A stretch of DNA of 63,055 bases, the filler included, from Nemertoderma westbladi (lineage: Eukaryota; Animalia; Xenacoelomorpha): the NCBI GenBank assembly GCA_032718475.1. It is 3 parts of 3 records of this genome, joined end to end, with 100 filler letters (N's around TTAATTAATTAA, not from the genome) between each part and the next. Parts side by side here need not be neighbours in the genome. Positions count along the whole stretch, not along the records: positions 1 to 30,440 come from JAUCBJ010000531.1; 2 more parts are not named here. One strand, given 5' to 3'. Position 1 is the first letter of the stretch; the number at the start of each line of letters is the position of its first letter. The position numbers were made by a program, and so were the translations under genes. The notes below the pieces were generated by a model. The model made no database searches. It was not told where the DNA came from and was given only the letters and a program-made list of their open reading frames with translations. Below are positions 11,572 to 25,362 of the stretch, piece by piece.

Positions 11572-13364
11572 ATAAGCCGGATTCGCCGGGGGCCTATAAA
11601 GTTCACGAACCGGAAAGTAACCTGAAACAAATGTTCATGAAAGAACAAAAAAAGATCCTATTGGATCAGCACCTCTGGCATAATTCTTGTAAATTCGACG
11701 ATGACGTCATCCACGAGGGCCCCCACGATCCCTCGGATTTGATTGGCTGGGAGAGCTCCCCCGCCTCCCTACCGTGGCGCGCTCACGGTCGCTCCCTCGC
11801 CCGTCAACAAATCATATCTCCCGCGCAAACTGTCGATATCGGGAGTTGTCTACCAGCGCGCGGGGGGCTACTGATCGAGTCACTGACCCCGTTGAACTGC
11901 GGAACTCATTTACTAGTTACCTTAGTTGCCATGGAGACCACGACTCCATATAGTAATCTCATACTCTTCAAGATGGACTCTAGCAGTTCCCAAGTTCGTG
12001 TCTCTCCTCTCCCAGTACTTGTTTCTAACACAATAGAATTTCAACTTCGCGAGATTACACCACTGCCGCTTGTGAGCAATTCAAATTTTCCGCGAATTTC
12101 CGTGGAGTCGGCACTGTTGCCGTCTATGGCTGGACAGACGATGGGTTTGGCTTCCGCGGTGTGCTCAGCTACAGGGCGACTCTGTTTCATTAATCTGGAT
12201 ACGCTCAGTATCGAAAGGAGTTGTAGCGTGGACGATCTTGTCACCATGGGTGCTACTGTGCTCCCCATCATACTCCCTGCCACACCGCCACTGATTGGTC
12301 AACATCCTGACGAACTCCCTGCCACACCGCCACTGATTGGTCAACCTCCCGACGAACTCCCTACCACACCGCCACTGATTGGTCAACCTCCTGACGAACT
12401 CCCTGCCACACCGCCACTGATTGATCAACCTCCTGACGAACTCCCTCCCACACCGCCACTGATTGATCAACCTCCTGACGAACTCCCTGCCACTCCGCCA
12501 CTGATTGGTCAACCTCCACACGAACTCCCTGCCACACCGCCACTGATTAGTCAACCTCCTGACGAACTCCCTGCCACTCCGCCACTGATTGGTCAACCTC
12601 CACACGAACTCCCTGCCACACCGCCACTGATTGGTCAACCTCCTCACGAACTCCCTACCACACCGCCACTGATTGGTCAACCTCTTGACGAACTCCCTGC
12701 CACACCGCCACTGATTGCTCAACCTTCTGACGAACTCCCTACCACACCGCCACTGATTACTCAACCTTCTGACGTACTCCCTACCTCACCGCCACTGATT
12801 GGTCAACCTCCCGACGAACTCCCTACCACACCGCCACTGATTGGTCAACCTCCTGACGAACTCCCTGCCACACCGCCACTGATTGGTCATCCTCATGACG
12901 AACTCCCTGCCACTCCGCCACTGATTGGTCAACCTCCTGACGAACTCCCTGCCACACCGCCACTGATTGATCAACCTCCTGACGAACTCCCTACTACACC
13001 GCCACTGATTGGTCAACCTCCCGACGAACTCCCTGCCACACCGCCACTGATTGGTCAACCTCCTGACGAACTCCCTGCCATACCGCCTCTGATTGGTCAA
13101 CCGCCCGACGAACCCCCAGCCACATCTCCGCGCGTCCATTCATTGACCTGGTGTCCGAGCCTTGAATCACTCTGCGTGGTGGACAGTACCGCCCGTATAC
13201 TTGTCCTCCTCATGGACTCATCCTATTGGCTGTCACCATTGGAAACGGCTAAATGTCAGCAGTTGGTTGACGAGATCGCGACGGGCAAGGTGGTAGTAGA
13301 TATGACCCCTGACCCGACAGAAGATATTCCATATGAACCACTAACTCAACAATCACTCCAACAA
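11572..13364 (+). CDS. BIRC6: BIRC6 large exon (WD40-like region) containing a 14-aa tandem repeat
   Basis: TTTGCAG acceptor and CAA|GTAAGT donor; continuous frame with THLLV and SLTWCPSLESLCV blades; phases fit. Confidence 0.85.
12272..13125 (+). repeat. In-frame 42-bp coding minisatellite, 20 copies of LPATPPLIGQPPDE
   Basis: Counted in the translation of ORF 11631-13397. Confidence 0.97.
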
Positions 13365-13951
13365 GTAAGTTTATTTGATATCTTATATCACAGATGAAGA
13401 AATGTCAAACACACATTAAAATTAAATTATAACTATTTTTTGTTATAATAAATAGAAAAGGCCGTAATTGCCGCACATCGGAGTATATTTATTAAACGAA
13501 CAAGCAAAGCGATCGAGTAGATCATTTAGTAGCATCGTATTTCACGTTGGATCGGGTTGGGTATGGAGGTATTACGAATGAGTGAAAGCGATACGTGAGT
13601 AGGGAAATTCCGGTATTTATATATATTAAATTCTGTCGTTATATATTCAAGTTGATCACTTATAAAGTGGCATAATTTCTACTAACTGACAGTGTCCGAC
13701 TGCCCCAGTGCAGTGATGGTAGCCGTCGACTTATAATAACTACATAACTGAATTGTTCATTCGAGCAAAAGTAGGTTTCAGTGTCAGGCCGCCATACCCC
13801 GGAACCATAATATACTGAAGTGTATTTCTCTCTTAAATATCGTTTACCAGCCTTCAACTTTATTTCACACCGTAATCTCTGTCTATCTGAAAACCAACTT
13901 TATAATCAGTGCTCGTTACAAGGAAGTAACGCAATACGTTTTCCTTTGCAG

Positions 13952-14137
13952 TATAAGCATGTGCTCGGCGAGGAGGTGCTCACTCCAAGGTTTACCGCCA
14001 CAGTTCCCTCGTGCTGGCTGGAGGTAGACCAGGAACACCCACGTCGCCATCCTCAGTATATATCCAGTTTCCATAGCAACCCCAGGGAACACACTAGAAC
14101 TTGGAAGTTACAGCATCACCTCTGCACCGAGTACCAG
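13952..14137 (+). CDS. BIRC6: BIRC6 exon
   Basis: LTPRFTATVPSCWLEV...RRHPQ...HTRTWKLQ is a BIRC6 signature; TTTGCAG acceptor and CAG|GTAAGT donor. Confidence 0.95.
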
Positions 14138-14354
14138 GTAAGTCACAGATCAGTTTCATATCTGCGTTCTATAAATAAATCAAGTCTTATAGAATACCTC
14201 GTATTGATTGTAAGGAGTTTGGCTGACTTCAAATAAATACATTGAACGTGACCGGTAACTTATTTAATCACTTTTGAAATATTTATATTGGCGTTGTAGC
14301 CCCACCCAGGCTTTCACCCTTAACTGGTCGATAAATGGAACCAAGGTAACTTAT

Positions 14355-15518
14355 GGGAAACAGACTGAAAGGGTTTACTGTGGAAGATCGACCATGGTGG
14401 TGAACAGGCATTCCTTTAGGAAACAGAGTAAAATGGTTTACTGTGGAAGATCACCCATGGTGGTGAACAGGCATTCCTTTAGGAAACAGAGTGGACTGGT
14501 TTACTGTGGCAGATCACCCATGGTGGTGAAAAGGCATTCCTTTAGGAAACAGAGTGGACGGGTTTACTGTGGAAGATCGACCATGGTGGTGAACAGGCAT
14601 TCCTTTAGGAAACAGAGTGGACGGGTTTACTGTGGAAGGTCGACCATGGTGGTGAACAGGCATTCCTTTAGGAAACAGAGTGGACGGGTTTACTGTGGAA
14701 GGTCACCCATGGTGATGAACAGGCATTCCTTTAGGAAACAGAGTGGACGGGTTTACTGTGGAAGATCGACCATGGTGGTGAACAGGCATTCCTTTAGGAA
14801 ACAGAGTGGACGGGTTTACTGTGGAAGATCGACCATGGTGGTGAACAGGCATTCCTTTAGGAAACAGAGTGGACGGGTTTACTGTGGAAGGTCACCCATG
14901 GTGATGAACAGGCATTCCTTTAGGAAACAGAGTGGAAGGGTTTAGTGTGGAAGATCACCCATGGTGGTGAAGTGAACAGGCATTACTCTAGGAAACAGAG
15001 TAAAATGGTTTACTGTGGAAGATCACCCATGGTGGTGAACAGGCATTCCTTTAGGAAACAGAGTGGACGGGTTTACTGTGGAAGATCGACCATGGTGGTG
15101 AACAGGCATTCCTTTAGGAAACAGAGTGGACGGGTTTACTGTGGAAGGTCACCCATGGTGATGAACAGGCATTCCTTTAGGAAACAGAGTGGAAGGGTTT
15201 AGTGTGGAAGATCACCCATGGTGGTGAAGTGAACAGGCATTACTCTAGGAAACAGAGTAGAATGGTTTACTGTGGAAGATCACCCATGGTGGTGAACAGG
15301 CATTACTTTCGGAAACAGAGTGGAAGGGTTTACTGTGGAAGATCACCCATGGTGGTGAACAGGCATTCCTTTAGGAAACAGAGAGGAAGGGTTTACTGTG
15401 GAAGATCACCCATGGTGGTGAACAGGCATTACTTTCGGAAACAGAGTGGAAGGGTTTACTGTGGAAGATCACCCATGGTGGTGAACAGACATTACTTTAG
15501 GAAACAGAGTGGAAGGTT
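14355..15518. repeat. 63-bp intronic minisatellite, about 18 copies, with a 257-bp higher-order duplication
   Basis: 21-aa period RVYCGRSTMVVNRHSFRKQSG; identical variant blocks start at 14945 and 15202. Confidence 0.95.
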
Positions 15519-15668
15519 CACTGGCCTAGAAGATGCGGATGATCTAGCAAATGTCATGGGAGTTGTGGCGGCGCAATTTTGTCGACAAGCCGGCACAGCA
15601 TTCTTAATATATATGTAATATATATATATAATGCATCTGCAATGCAGCATGCCGATCGTAGTAGTAGT
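15519..15668 (+). mobile_element. RTE-type LINE extreme 3' end (same family as 10735, 19911 and 43053) with a (TA)n insertion
   Basis: TGLEDADDLANVMG, shared 3' UTR GCAATGCAGCATGCCGATC, (TAG)n tail. Confidence 0.88.
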
Positions 15669-15888
15669 CTGTCTACATTGTTTTATATATTTTACATATG
15701 TTGTATAATATGTTGTATTGGCTTATTGGGTTTAAAAATTCTCCCATTTAAATATTTTGATTACATTTTATAAATTTTTCATCATCTTTCGGGTATGTGT
15801 ATTAACTTTGTTAGCTTTCTCTCCAGTGCAACTAATTTCAGATTTCGTTCTTTCTCGTAATTTAGGTTTTTATTTTATCTTTCCATAG

Positions 15889-18800
15889 GACCACCTTATC
15901 GAGATTGTTCTCCCTCGAACCTCTTCCGTCGCCCACATCGATTTCAACTTCCGCGTTAAGTCTCCTTGCAGTTCCAACCTGCACGACGTTAAAGTCGCCG
16001 CTCTACGACTAAACAATCCGGGTCTAGCGAGTCATTACTCGACTCCCAAGAGCCGGACAAGTAGCCCCCTCCGCCACCCTAAACCGTCAGCCATCCCCCA
16101 CTCAACTTCCAGCCCTGACATCCTCACCGATACCAACTACGACCTTCTCGTTGGGCCGGTTTCTTTAGGGGCCTTCCTCGACGCTTCCGGAAATTCCGGC
16201 ACCGTTGCCCTTAGCAACGAGAGTATAATAACAAGTCGACATCGTTCATTCTTTCTATACCTCTATACATCCACGGAAGACGAGGGATTATCCTCAATCT
16301 ACACTAATTATAATTCCTTGACAAATCTTCGCAAACAGTTGGCGGGAAGTTCAAAATTGGAAGATGTTGAGTCATCCAGGAGTAAATACTCGTCGCAGTA
16401 TCGGAACGGAGGCCGTATGGAACGGATCCGTTCTGTGAGGCCAGTGCGACGGGGAGAGGCGGCGGCATCCCAAGCCGCGGTCCCGAGTCCGACGGCGCAC
16501 GGGTGCCACGCCCTGTCCGACATCAGCGTCACCGTCCGCAAGATGGCGGTCCCCTTCAACCCGCGCACCGCTGCCTTGTGGACCCGGCTGCTGGGCAACC
16601 CGCGACTCCATGGGGAGCTGTTGGGCGCGGTCGTTGACCCCCTGAGTCTGTCGCCGTCGACACAGCAACAACTCGCGTCGCTGCGACTCTCCGCTCTGGA
16701 TGTCATAAACTGGATCGCCGCGATGCATAGTTTTTCCTCGCGTTCCCAACTCGATGCCATCATTGATTTCGTCTCGCTCCATGCGGACCAACTAACAACC
16801 GCGTGTTTCCTGCAATCGGCCCGGTACGTTGCTCGCAGTTTCGTCTCTCTTATAATCCAACTTCTCGCGAGTAAAACCCTCTCGGATTCCCCTCAGAAGT
16901 TGAAACGTTTCGGATCACAACTCCTAGAATCTTCTCTTTGTCTTCTCTCACAACTACCTTCCTTTACCTATTCCGGATCGCTCCATTGGTACTTTGTGTT
17001 GCTAACAACTTTGAAGGATTTCGATAGCGTGGCTGTTGCTAGGCAGTCTTTTCTCGAGTTACTTAATGTGTCATGGTTGCTTAACAACGAGCAACAGGAG
17101 GACCACAGCGCCACCTATCGGCTACGGAGTGAATTTAATCTGCAAGATAACCCATTCGATGTGGATTTGTATGATATCGGAGACCTGATGCTCGATGGGA
17201 GTTCGTCTAGATCGACGAACGGCTCGTTGGACAACGTGGAAGCGTTACTGATTAGTGGGAGTTCCGCGTTGGATGGTTCGGTTTCCTCTCGGGACTACAT
17301 CGGTGGCGATATGAAGGGTTTACTCGAGGTGGAGCCGTTATCCTTCACTGTCTCGTCGATGTCCGACGGTATTAAAGTGGAATGCAGTGCTCCGCCGGAC
17401 GGGGGCACTAAGTTCCCCTTAACATCCTCGGTTACCTCGGCTTTGCTACCTTCCGGAGTTTCCTCGTTCCTCAGTTGCGTTCCGCAGTCTGACTACCCAC
17501 CGCTCCCGCCCCACTTCATGGACGATCTCACTTTCTTCGGGCCGTCCCATCCCAAGAAAGTTTACCCTAATACCTTGGTCAGTGGCGGCGTGAATACTAA
17601 CGGAATTCCGTATTACACAAATAAAACTAAAGATAAAGGCGACCATTCCGGCTCTAATGTGTCGGAACTGGAATTCTACGAAGTTCCAAACATTCTACCC
17701 GGCGCTGTAGTCTCCCTTGACGGACATCTGTCCACGGCCGACGGCGGAGAGACCATCGCCACGGCAACGGGTTTACAGGAAGAGCCCATCTTCTTGGAAC
17801 CCAGTAACGTCATCGCGGATTCCAACTCGTACGCGGTTTACACGAACTCTGCTACCGAACACACGGTCGCCACCAGTATGAAAGATTTAATGAAAGTGAT
17901 GACCATCGCAGCTGGAGGATGTACAACGTTTTCATCGGTTCCCGATGGAGATTCACATGTGATTCCCACCGGTTGGCAGCCCGTTGTGATTGAGAAACCG
18001 GTTACAGATCCTTGGCTGTCTTTTTCGGCTAACAGGGTATCCCCGCCCGCCGATCGTCTCCTTTTATCCGCTCCGCTCGCAGTCCCCGCGGCTTTGGCTC
18101 GTCTCCCTTTGGGTCCACAATGGATTGTAATCGACCGCCTGCACGGCGGGGCTCGTCGCTGCGCCGTTCTCCATCTCGGCCAACCCGTTCTCCTAACAGA
18201 CGTTTTCATACCGGCCTGCCCCGAACTCGCGTCTCTCTCCCTCGACACTTGGCTCACCGGCGAGGACTCCGACTCTCGCCAACTGGTAGTGAGCCCCGAT
18301 ATCGCCTCGAATAACATCGCCCTCTCCCAATTGAACCCGCCAATCCTCTGCCAGTATATCAAACTCACCATGATCGGACAACACGGGTTGGACAGCAGTA
18401 AAGTTCGCATCCCGATAGGCCGCTACTTCGGTCGCTCGTTATTCAATGAAACAGATCTCGCTCACGCGGACATACAGCCGTACCAGTTGGCCGTGTTCCG
18501 TAGTCTGCTTGTCCCGACTGAGGTTCAACTGGAGGCCGTGCGGTGTGTCCAGGAGGACCTGCGTTGTCGGTATGGACTCGTGTGCGAGCGTCTCCGTGAG
18601 CACTTGGTCTACGCGAGTGCGGATGAACCTATCGGAGACTCGGAGGTCATCCGAGAGTTGCACGACGAGTGCTGCCGTTGGCGATTACAGTTGAACATCG
18701 CGCGGTCGCTCGCCGGTAGGATTCTAGACTCTCAGCGCCCCCCTTCAGTCCAACCCGCCAACAGACCCTCCGATGAATCATCAAACCTCAATCATAAAGC

Positions 18801-19409
18801 CGTTACTTCCTCTCTGAATCGGCTGGAGACGATTACATCCTCGTTATATCAAATAATTTTCCTTACACTCGGTTCCCCGAACTGCCTATCGTCCATACAA
18901 TCCGTCGTCGATCAGTCGATCTGTCGCAACCTCTTCGACAACCTTTGCATCGCCTCCACATCCCAACTCCGTGTCGCCACCGGTTTGTTCCTCACCGAGT
19001 GTCTCTCAACGGTATCTTGGTGGGGCGATTTCATCATGAATTGCTTTAAATCCAATTTCGCGATAAATTCTTCTCATTCGGCGAGTAAAGATAAGCTGTT
19101 TGTCTTCTTGTTAATATTGTCCATCCGATCATTTAAGGAGGTGGAACCCTTTGTCGCTGTCATGGAGACGATCCGCTCCGTTTTGACTACTAACTCGGCT
19201 TGCGGTGTCGATATGGATCTTCTGGGTTGGTTGCTCTTGTTCCTTGGTGAACTCCTCGAGGGATCCAGATGGACTCCTGAAGGCTCATCCTGCAAGAAGT
19301 CGAGAGCAGCTGAGAGTCACAAGGTTTCCTCTAGGTGGGACTTCATGTCCACTGATATTCTACTCAACTCAAAGCCCAACACATCCTCGTCAAGCAGCTC
19401 GCGAAATAG
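15889..19409 (+). CDS. BIRC6: BIRC6 very large exon (~3.5 kb)
   Basis: CATAG acceptor; starts DHLIEIVLP..VAHIDF, in frame with ORF 16318-19422; motifs GSLHWYF, GLLEVEPLSFT, RLHGGARRCAVL, LLTDVFIPAC, WWGDF; phase-2 donor at 19410 matches the next exon. Confidence 0.93.
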
Positions 19410-22400
19410 GTTAGGTTACTGAAGGCCGAAATACGTGTGTGTCACTGAAGGCCAAAATTAGTGTGTGTCACTGTAGGCCGAAATAGGTTAGTTTCACTGT
19501 AGGCCGATATAGGTTAGTGTTACTGAAGGCCGAAATACGTGTGTGTCGCTGAAGGCCAAAATTGGTGTGTGTCACTGTAGGCCGAAATAGGTTAGTTTCA
19601 CTGTAGGCCGAAATAGGTTAGTGTTACTGAAGGCCGAAGTACGTGTGTGTCACTGAAGACCGTAATTGGTGTGTGTCACTGTAGGCTGAAATAGGTTAGT
19701 TTCGCTGTAGGCCGAAATAGGTTAGTGTTACTGAGGGCCGAAGTACGTGTGTGTCACTGAAGACCGTAATTGGTGTGTGTCACTGTAGGTCGAGGTAGGT
19801 TTGTGTCACTGAAGGCCGAAATACGTGTGTGTCACTGAAGACCGTAATCGGTGTGTGTCACTGTAGGCTGAAATAGGTTAGTTTCACTGTACACTGTCAC
19901 TTTCACTTAGATTCACAAGAATGCTACGCCGGGTTCATTGTGTCAAGTGCAATGCACACATCTCCAACCAGACACTATATAACATTGGAGGTGTCTCATT
20001 GGTTCCCCCAAGCTTGACACTAGAACAAAATCGCCTCCGCTTTGCAGGACATTGCTGACCAGCCAGTGCATAATCTTGTACTTTGGCAGCCTCATGGAGT
20101 GAATAAGCATGGTGGACAGCCCATGACTTTCTTGAGACGCATCTTAAAGGACACTGGCCTTGAAGCGGATGATCTAGCAAATGTCATGGGTGATAGGGAG
20201 TTGTGGAGGTGCAATTTTGTTGACAAGCCGGCACAGCATTCTTAAAAATGCAGCTGCAATGCAGCATGCCGATCCTAGTAGTAGTAGGTTTGTGTCACTG
20301 AAGGCAGAAATACGTGTGTGTCACTGTAGGCCGAAATACGTGTGTGTCACTGTAGGCCGAAATAGATTAGAGTTACTGAAAGCCGAAATACGAGTGTGTC
20401 ACTGAAGACCGTAATTGTTGTGTGTCACTGTAGGCCGGGATAGGTTTGTGTCACTGAAGGCCGAAATACGTGTGTGTCACTGTAGGCCGAAATATATTAG
20501 TGGTATTGAAGGCCGAAATACGTGTGTGTCATTGAAGACTGTAATTTGTGTGTGTCGCTGTAGGCCGAGAGAGGTTTGTGTCACTGAAGGCCGTAATTGG
20601 TGTGTGTCACTGTAGGCCGGGATAGGTTTGTGTCACTGAAGGCCGAAATACGTGTGTGTCACTGTAGGCCGAAATATATTAGTGGTATTGAAGGCCGAAA
20701 TACGTGTGTGTCATTGAAGACTGTAATTTGTGTGTGTCGCTGTAGGCCGAGAGAGGTTTGTGTCACTGACGGACGTAATTGGTGTGTGTCACTGTAGGAC
20801 GAAATAGGTTAGTGTTACTGAAGGCCGAAATACGTGTGTGTTACTGAAGGCCGTAATTGGTGTGTGTCACTGTAGGCCGATATAGGTTTGTGTCACTGTA
20901 GGCCGTAATTGGTGTGTGTCACTGTAGGCCGAAATAGGTTAGTGTTACTGAAGGGAAGGCCGAAATACGTGTCTGTCACTGAAGGCCGTAATTGGTGTGT
21001 GTCACTGTAGGCCGAAATAGGTTAGTTTCACTGTAGGTCGAAATAGGTTAGTGTTACTGAAGGTCGAAGTACGTGTGTGTCACTGAAGACCGTAATTGGT
21101 GTGTGTCACTGTAGGTCGAGATAGGTTTGTGTCACTGAATGCCGAAATACGTGTGTGTCACTGTAGGCCGAAATTTGTGTGTGTCACTGTAGGCCGAAAT
21201 AGGTTAGTTTCACTGTAGGTCGAAATAGTTTAGTGTTACTGAAGGTCGAAGTACGTGTGTCACTGAAGACCGTAATTGGTGTGTGTCACTGTAGGCTGAA
21301 ATACGTGTGTGTCACTGAAGACCGTAATTGGTGTGTGTCACTGTAGGCCGCAATAGGTTAGTTTCACTGTATCCCGAAATAGGTTAGTGTTACTGAAGGC
21401 CGAAATACGTGTGTGTCGCTGAAGGCCAAAATTGGTGTGTGTCACTGTAGGTCGAGATAGGTTTGTGTCACTGAAGGCCGAAATACGTGTGTGTCACTGT
21501 AGGCCAAAATACGTGTGTATCACTGAAGACCGTAATTGGTTTGTGTCACCTTTAGGCCGAGATAGGTTTGTGTCACTGAAGGCAGAAATACGTGTGTGTC
21601 ACTGTAGGCCGAAATAGATTAGTGTTACTGAAGGCCGAAATACGAGTGTGTCACTGAAGACCGTAATTGGTGTGTGTCGCTTTAGGCCGAGATAGCTTTG
21701 TGTCACTGAAGGCCGAAATACGTGTGTGTCACTGTAGGCCGAAATGGATTAGTGTTACTGAAAGCCGAAATACGAGTGTGTCACTGAAGACCGTAATTGT
21801 TGTGTGTCACTGAAGGCCGAGATAGGTTTGTGTCACTGAAGGCCGTAATTGGTGTGTGTCACTGTAGGCCGAAATACGTGTGTGTCACTGTAGGCCGAAA
21901 TAGATTAGTGGTATTGAAGGCCGAAATACGTGTGTGTCATTGAAGACTGTAATTTGTGTGTGTCGCTGTAGGCCGAGATAGGTTTGTGTCACTGAAGGCC
22001 GAAATAGGTTAGTGTTACTGAAGGCCGAAATACGTGTGTGTCACTGAAGGCCGTAATTGGTGTGTGTCACTGTAGGCCGAGATAGGTTTGTGTCACTGTA
22101 GGCCGTAATTGGTGTGTGTCGCTGTAGGCCGAAATAGGTTAGTGTTACTGAAGGGAAGGCCGAAATACGTGTGTGTCACTGAAGGCCGTAATTGGTGTGT
22201 GTCACTGTAGGCCGAAATAGGTTAGTTTCACTGTAGGTCGAAATAGGTTAGTGTTACTGAAGGTCGAAGTACGTGTGTGTCACTGAAGACCGTAATTGGT
22301 GTGTGTCACTGTCGGCCGAGATAGGTTTGTGTCACTGAAGGCCGAAATACGTGTGTCTCACTGTAGGCCGAATTTTGTGTGTGTCACTGTAGGCCGAAAT

Positions 22401-25300
22401 AGGTTAGTTTCACTGTAGGTCGAAATAGGTTAGTGTTACTGAAGGTCGAAGTACGTGTGTGTCACTGTAGACCGTAATTGGTGTGTGTCACTGTAGGCCG
22501 ATATAGGTTTGTGTCACGGAAGGCCGAAATACGTGTGTGTCACTGTACGCCGAAATTGATTAGAATTACTGAAGGCCAAAATACGTGTGTAGTGTATTAC
22601 TGAAAACCGTAATTGGTGTGTGTCACTGTAGGCCGAGATAGATTTGTGTCACTGAAGGCAGAAATTCTTGTGTGTCACTGTAGGCCGAAATAGATTGGTG
22701 TTACTGAAGGCCGAATTACGTTTGTGTCACTCAAGGTCGTGATAGGTTCGTGTCACTGAAGGCCGAAATACGTGTGTGTCACTGTAGGCCGAAATAGAAT
22801 AGTGTTACTGAAGGCCGAAATACAAGTGTGTCACTGAAGACCGTAACTGGTGTGTGTCGCTTTAGGCGCCGAAATACGTGTGTCACTAGGCCGAAATAGA
22901 TTAGTGTTACTGAAGGCCGAAATACGAGTGTGTCACTGAAGACCGTAATTGGTGTGTGTCACTGTAGGCCGAGATAGGTTTGTGTCACTGAAGGCCGTAA
23001 TTGGTGTGTGTCACTGTAGGCCGAGATAGGTTTGTGTCACTGAAGGCCGTAATTGGTGTGTGTCGCTGTAGGCCGAAATAGGTTAGTGTTACTGAAGGGA
23101 AGGCCGAAATACGTCTGTGTCACTGAAGGCCGTAATTGGTGTGTGTCACTGTAGGCCGAAATAGGTTAGTTTCACTGTAGGTCGAAATAGGTTAGTGTTA
23201 CTGAAGGTCGAAGTACGTGTGTGTCACTGAAGACCGTAATTGGTGTGTGTCACTGTCGGCCGAGATAGGTTTGTGTCACTGAAGGCCGAAATACGTGTGT
23301 CTCACTGTAGGCCGAATTTTGTGTGTGTCACTGTAGGCCGAAATAGGTTAGTTTCACTGTAGGTCGAAATAGGTTAGTGTTACTGAAGGTCGAAGTACGT
23401 GTATGTCACTGTAGACCGTAATTGGTGTGTGTCACTGTAGGCCGATATAGGTTTGTGTCACTGAAGGCCGAAATACGTGTGTGTCACTGTACGCCGAAAT
23501 TGATTAGAATTACGGAAGGCCAAAATACGTGTGTAGTGTATTACTGAAAACCGTAATTGGTGTGTGTCACTGTAGGCCGAGATAGATTTGTGTCACTGAA
23601 GGCAGAAATACTTGTGTGTCACTGTAGGCCGAAATAGATTGGTGTTACTGAAGGCCGAATTACGTTTGTGTCACTCAAGGTCGTGATAGGTTCGTGTCAC
23701 TGAAGGCCGAAATACGTGTGTGTCACTGTAGGCCGAAATAGAATAGTGTTACTGAAGGCCGAAATACAAGTGTGTCACTGAAGACCGTAACTGGTGTGTG
23801 TCGCTTTAGGCGCCGAAATACGTGTGTGTCACTAGGCCGAAATAGATTAGTGTTACTGAAGGCCGAAATACGAGTGTGTCACTGAAGACCGTAATTGGTG
23901 TGTGTCACTGTAGGCCGAGATAGGTTTGTGTCACTGAAGGCCGTAATTGGTGTATGTCACTGTAGGCCGAGATAGGTTTGTGTCACTGAAGGCCGTAATT
24001 GGTGTGTCTCAAAGTAGTGCCGGAATAGGTTTGTATCACTGAAGGCCTACGTGTGTGTCACTGTAGGCCGAAATAGATTCGTTTTATTGAAGGCCGAAAT
24101 ACGTGTGTGTAACTGAAGGCCGTAATTGGTGTGTGTCACTGTAGGCCGAGATAGGTTTGTGTCACTGAAGGCTGTAATAGGTGTGTGTCACTGTAGGCCG
24201 AGATAGGTTTGTGTCACTGAAGGCCTTAATTGGTGTGTGTCGCTGGAGGCCGAAATAGGTTAGGGTTACTGAAGGCCGAAATACGTGTGTGTCACTGAAG
24301 GCCGTAATTGGTGTGTGTCACTGTAGGCCGAGATAGATTATAGTGTCACTGAATGCCGAATTACGTGTGTGTCACTTTAGGCCGAAATAGATTGGTGTTA
24401 CTGAAGGCCGAAATACGTGTGTGTCACTAAAGGCCGTAATTGGTGTGTCTCAAAGTAGTGCCGGAATAGGTTTGTATCACTGAAGGCCTACGTGTGTGTC
24501 ACTGTAGGCCGAAATAGATTCGTTTTATTGAAGGCCGAAATACCTGTGTGTAACTGAAGGCCGTAATTGGTGTGTGTCACTGTAGGCCGAGATAGGTTTG
24601 TGTCACTGAAGGCTGTAATAGGTGTGTGTCACTGTAGGCCGAGATAGGTTTGTGTCACTGAAGGCCGTAATTGGTGTGTGTCGCTGGAGGCCGAAATAGG
24701 TTAGGGTTACTGAAGGCCGAAATACGTGTGTGTCACTGAAGGCCGTAATTGGTGTGTGTCACTGTAGGCCGAGATAGATTATAGTGTCACTGAAGGCCGA
24801 ATTACGTGTGTGTCACTGAAGGCCGTAATTGGTGTGTGTCACTGTAGGCCTGGATAGGTTTGTGTCACTGAAGACCGTAATTGGTGTGTGTCACTGTAGG
24901 CCGAAATATATTAGTGTTTCTGAAGGCCGAAATACGTGTGTGGCACTGAAGGCCGTAATTGGTGTGTGTCACTGTAGGCCGAGATAGATTAGTGTCACTG
25001 AATGCCGAAATACGTGTGTGTCACTTAAGGCCGAAATAGATTAGTAAATACGTTTTTGGCGAAATTTGTTAGTTAAGCCGAAATGTTCGGGCCGATTTAG
25101 GATAAAGCCGAAATAGGTTCTCATGTTGCTGATCAGTGTTGATTTTCCGACTGCAATAAATCAGTCTTACTATTTAGGTCGATATAGGTGTTTATGCTAA
25201 GCTGAAAAAAAGTGTTAATAAATTATAGGCCGAAATGTTTGTTTATGTATAGGCCAAAATAGTTTTTTTAGTGGTGTATGTTATTAAAAAGCCGAAATGG
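19402..25300. repeat. ~26-bp satellite (CACTG(A/T)AGGCCGAAATA...GTGT) filling nearly the whole 6-kb intron, with higher-order duplications
   Basis: Over 200 variant monomers; diagnostic variant blocks recur (e.g. AAGGGAAGGCC near 20951, 22151 and 23094); decays after ~25045. Confidence 0.97.
19911..20287 (+). mobile_element. RTE-type LINE 3' fragment inserted in the satellite
   Basis: Near-identical to 43494-43878; (TAG)n tail. Confidence 0.92.
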
Positions 25301-25362
25301 GGAGATGTTGCGGTGCAGTGCATGGTAGGTAGCTAAATAATTAACCAATTTTTGTTTATTAG

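Noticed and set aside
19420-25045. CTGAAGGCCGAAA monomers as satellite hammerhead ribozymes
   Set aside because: Monomers do not combine CUGANGA with GAAA and a stem II; CTGAAGA variants are followed by CCGTAA.
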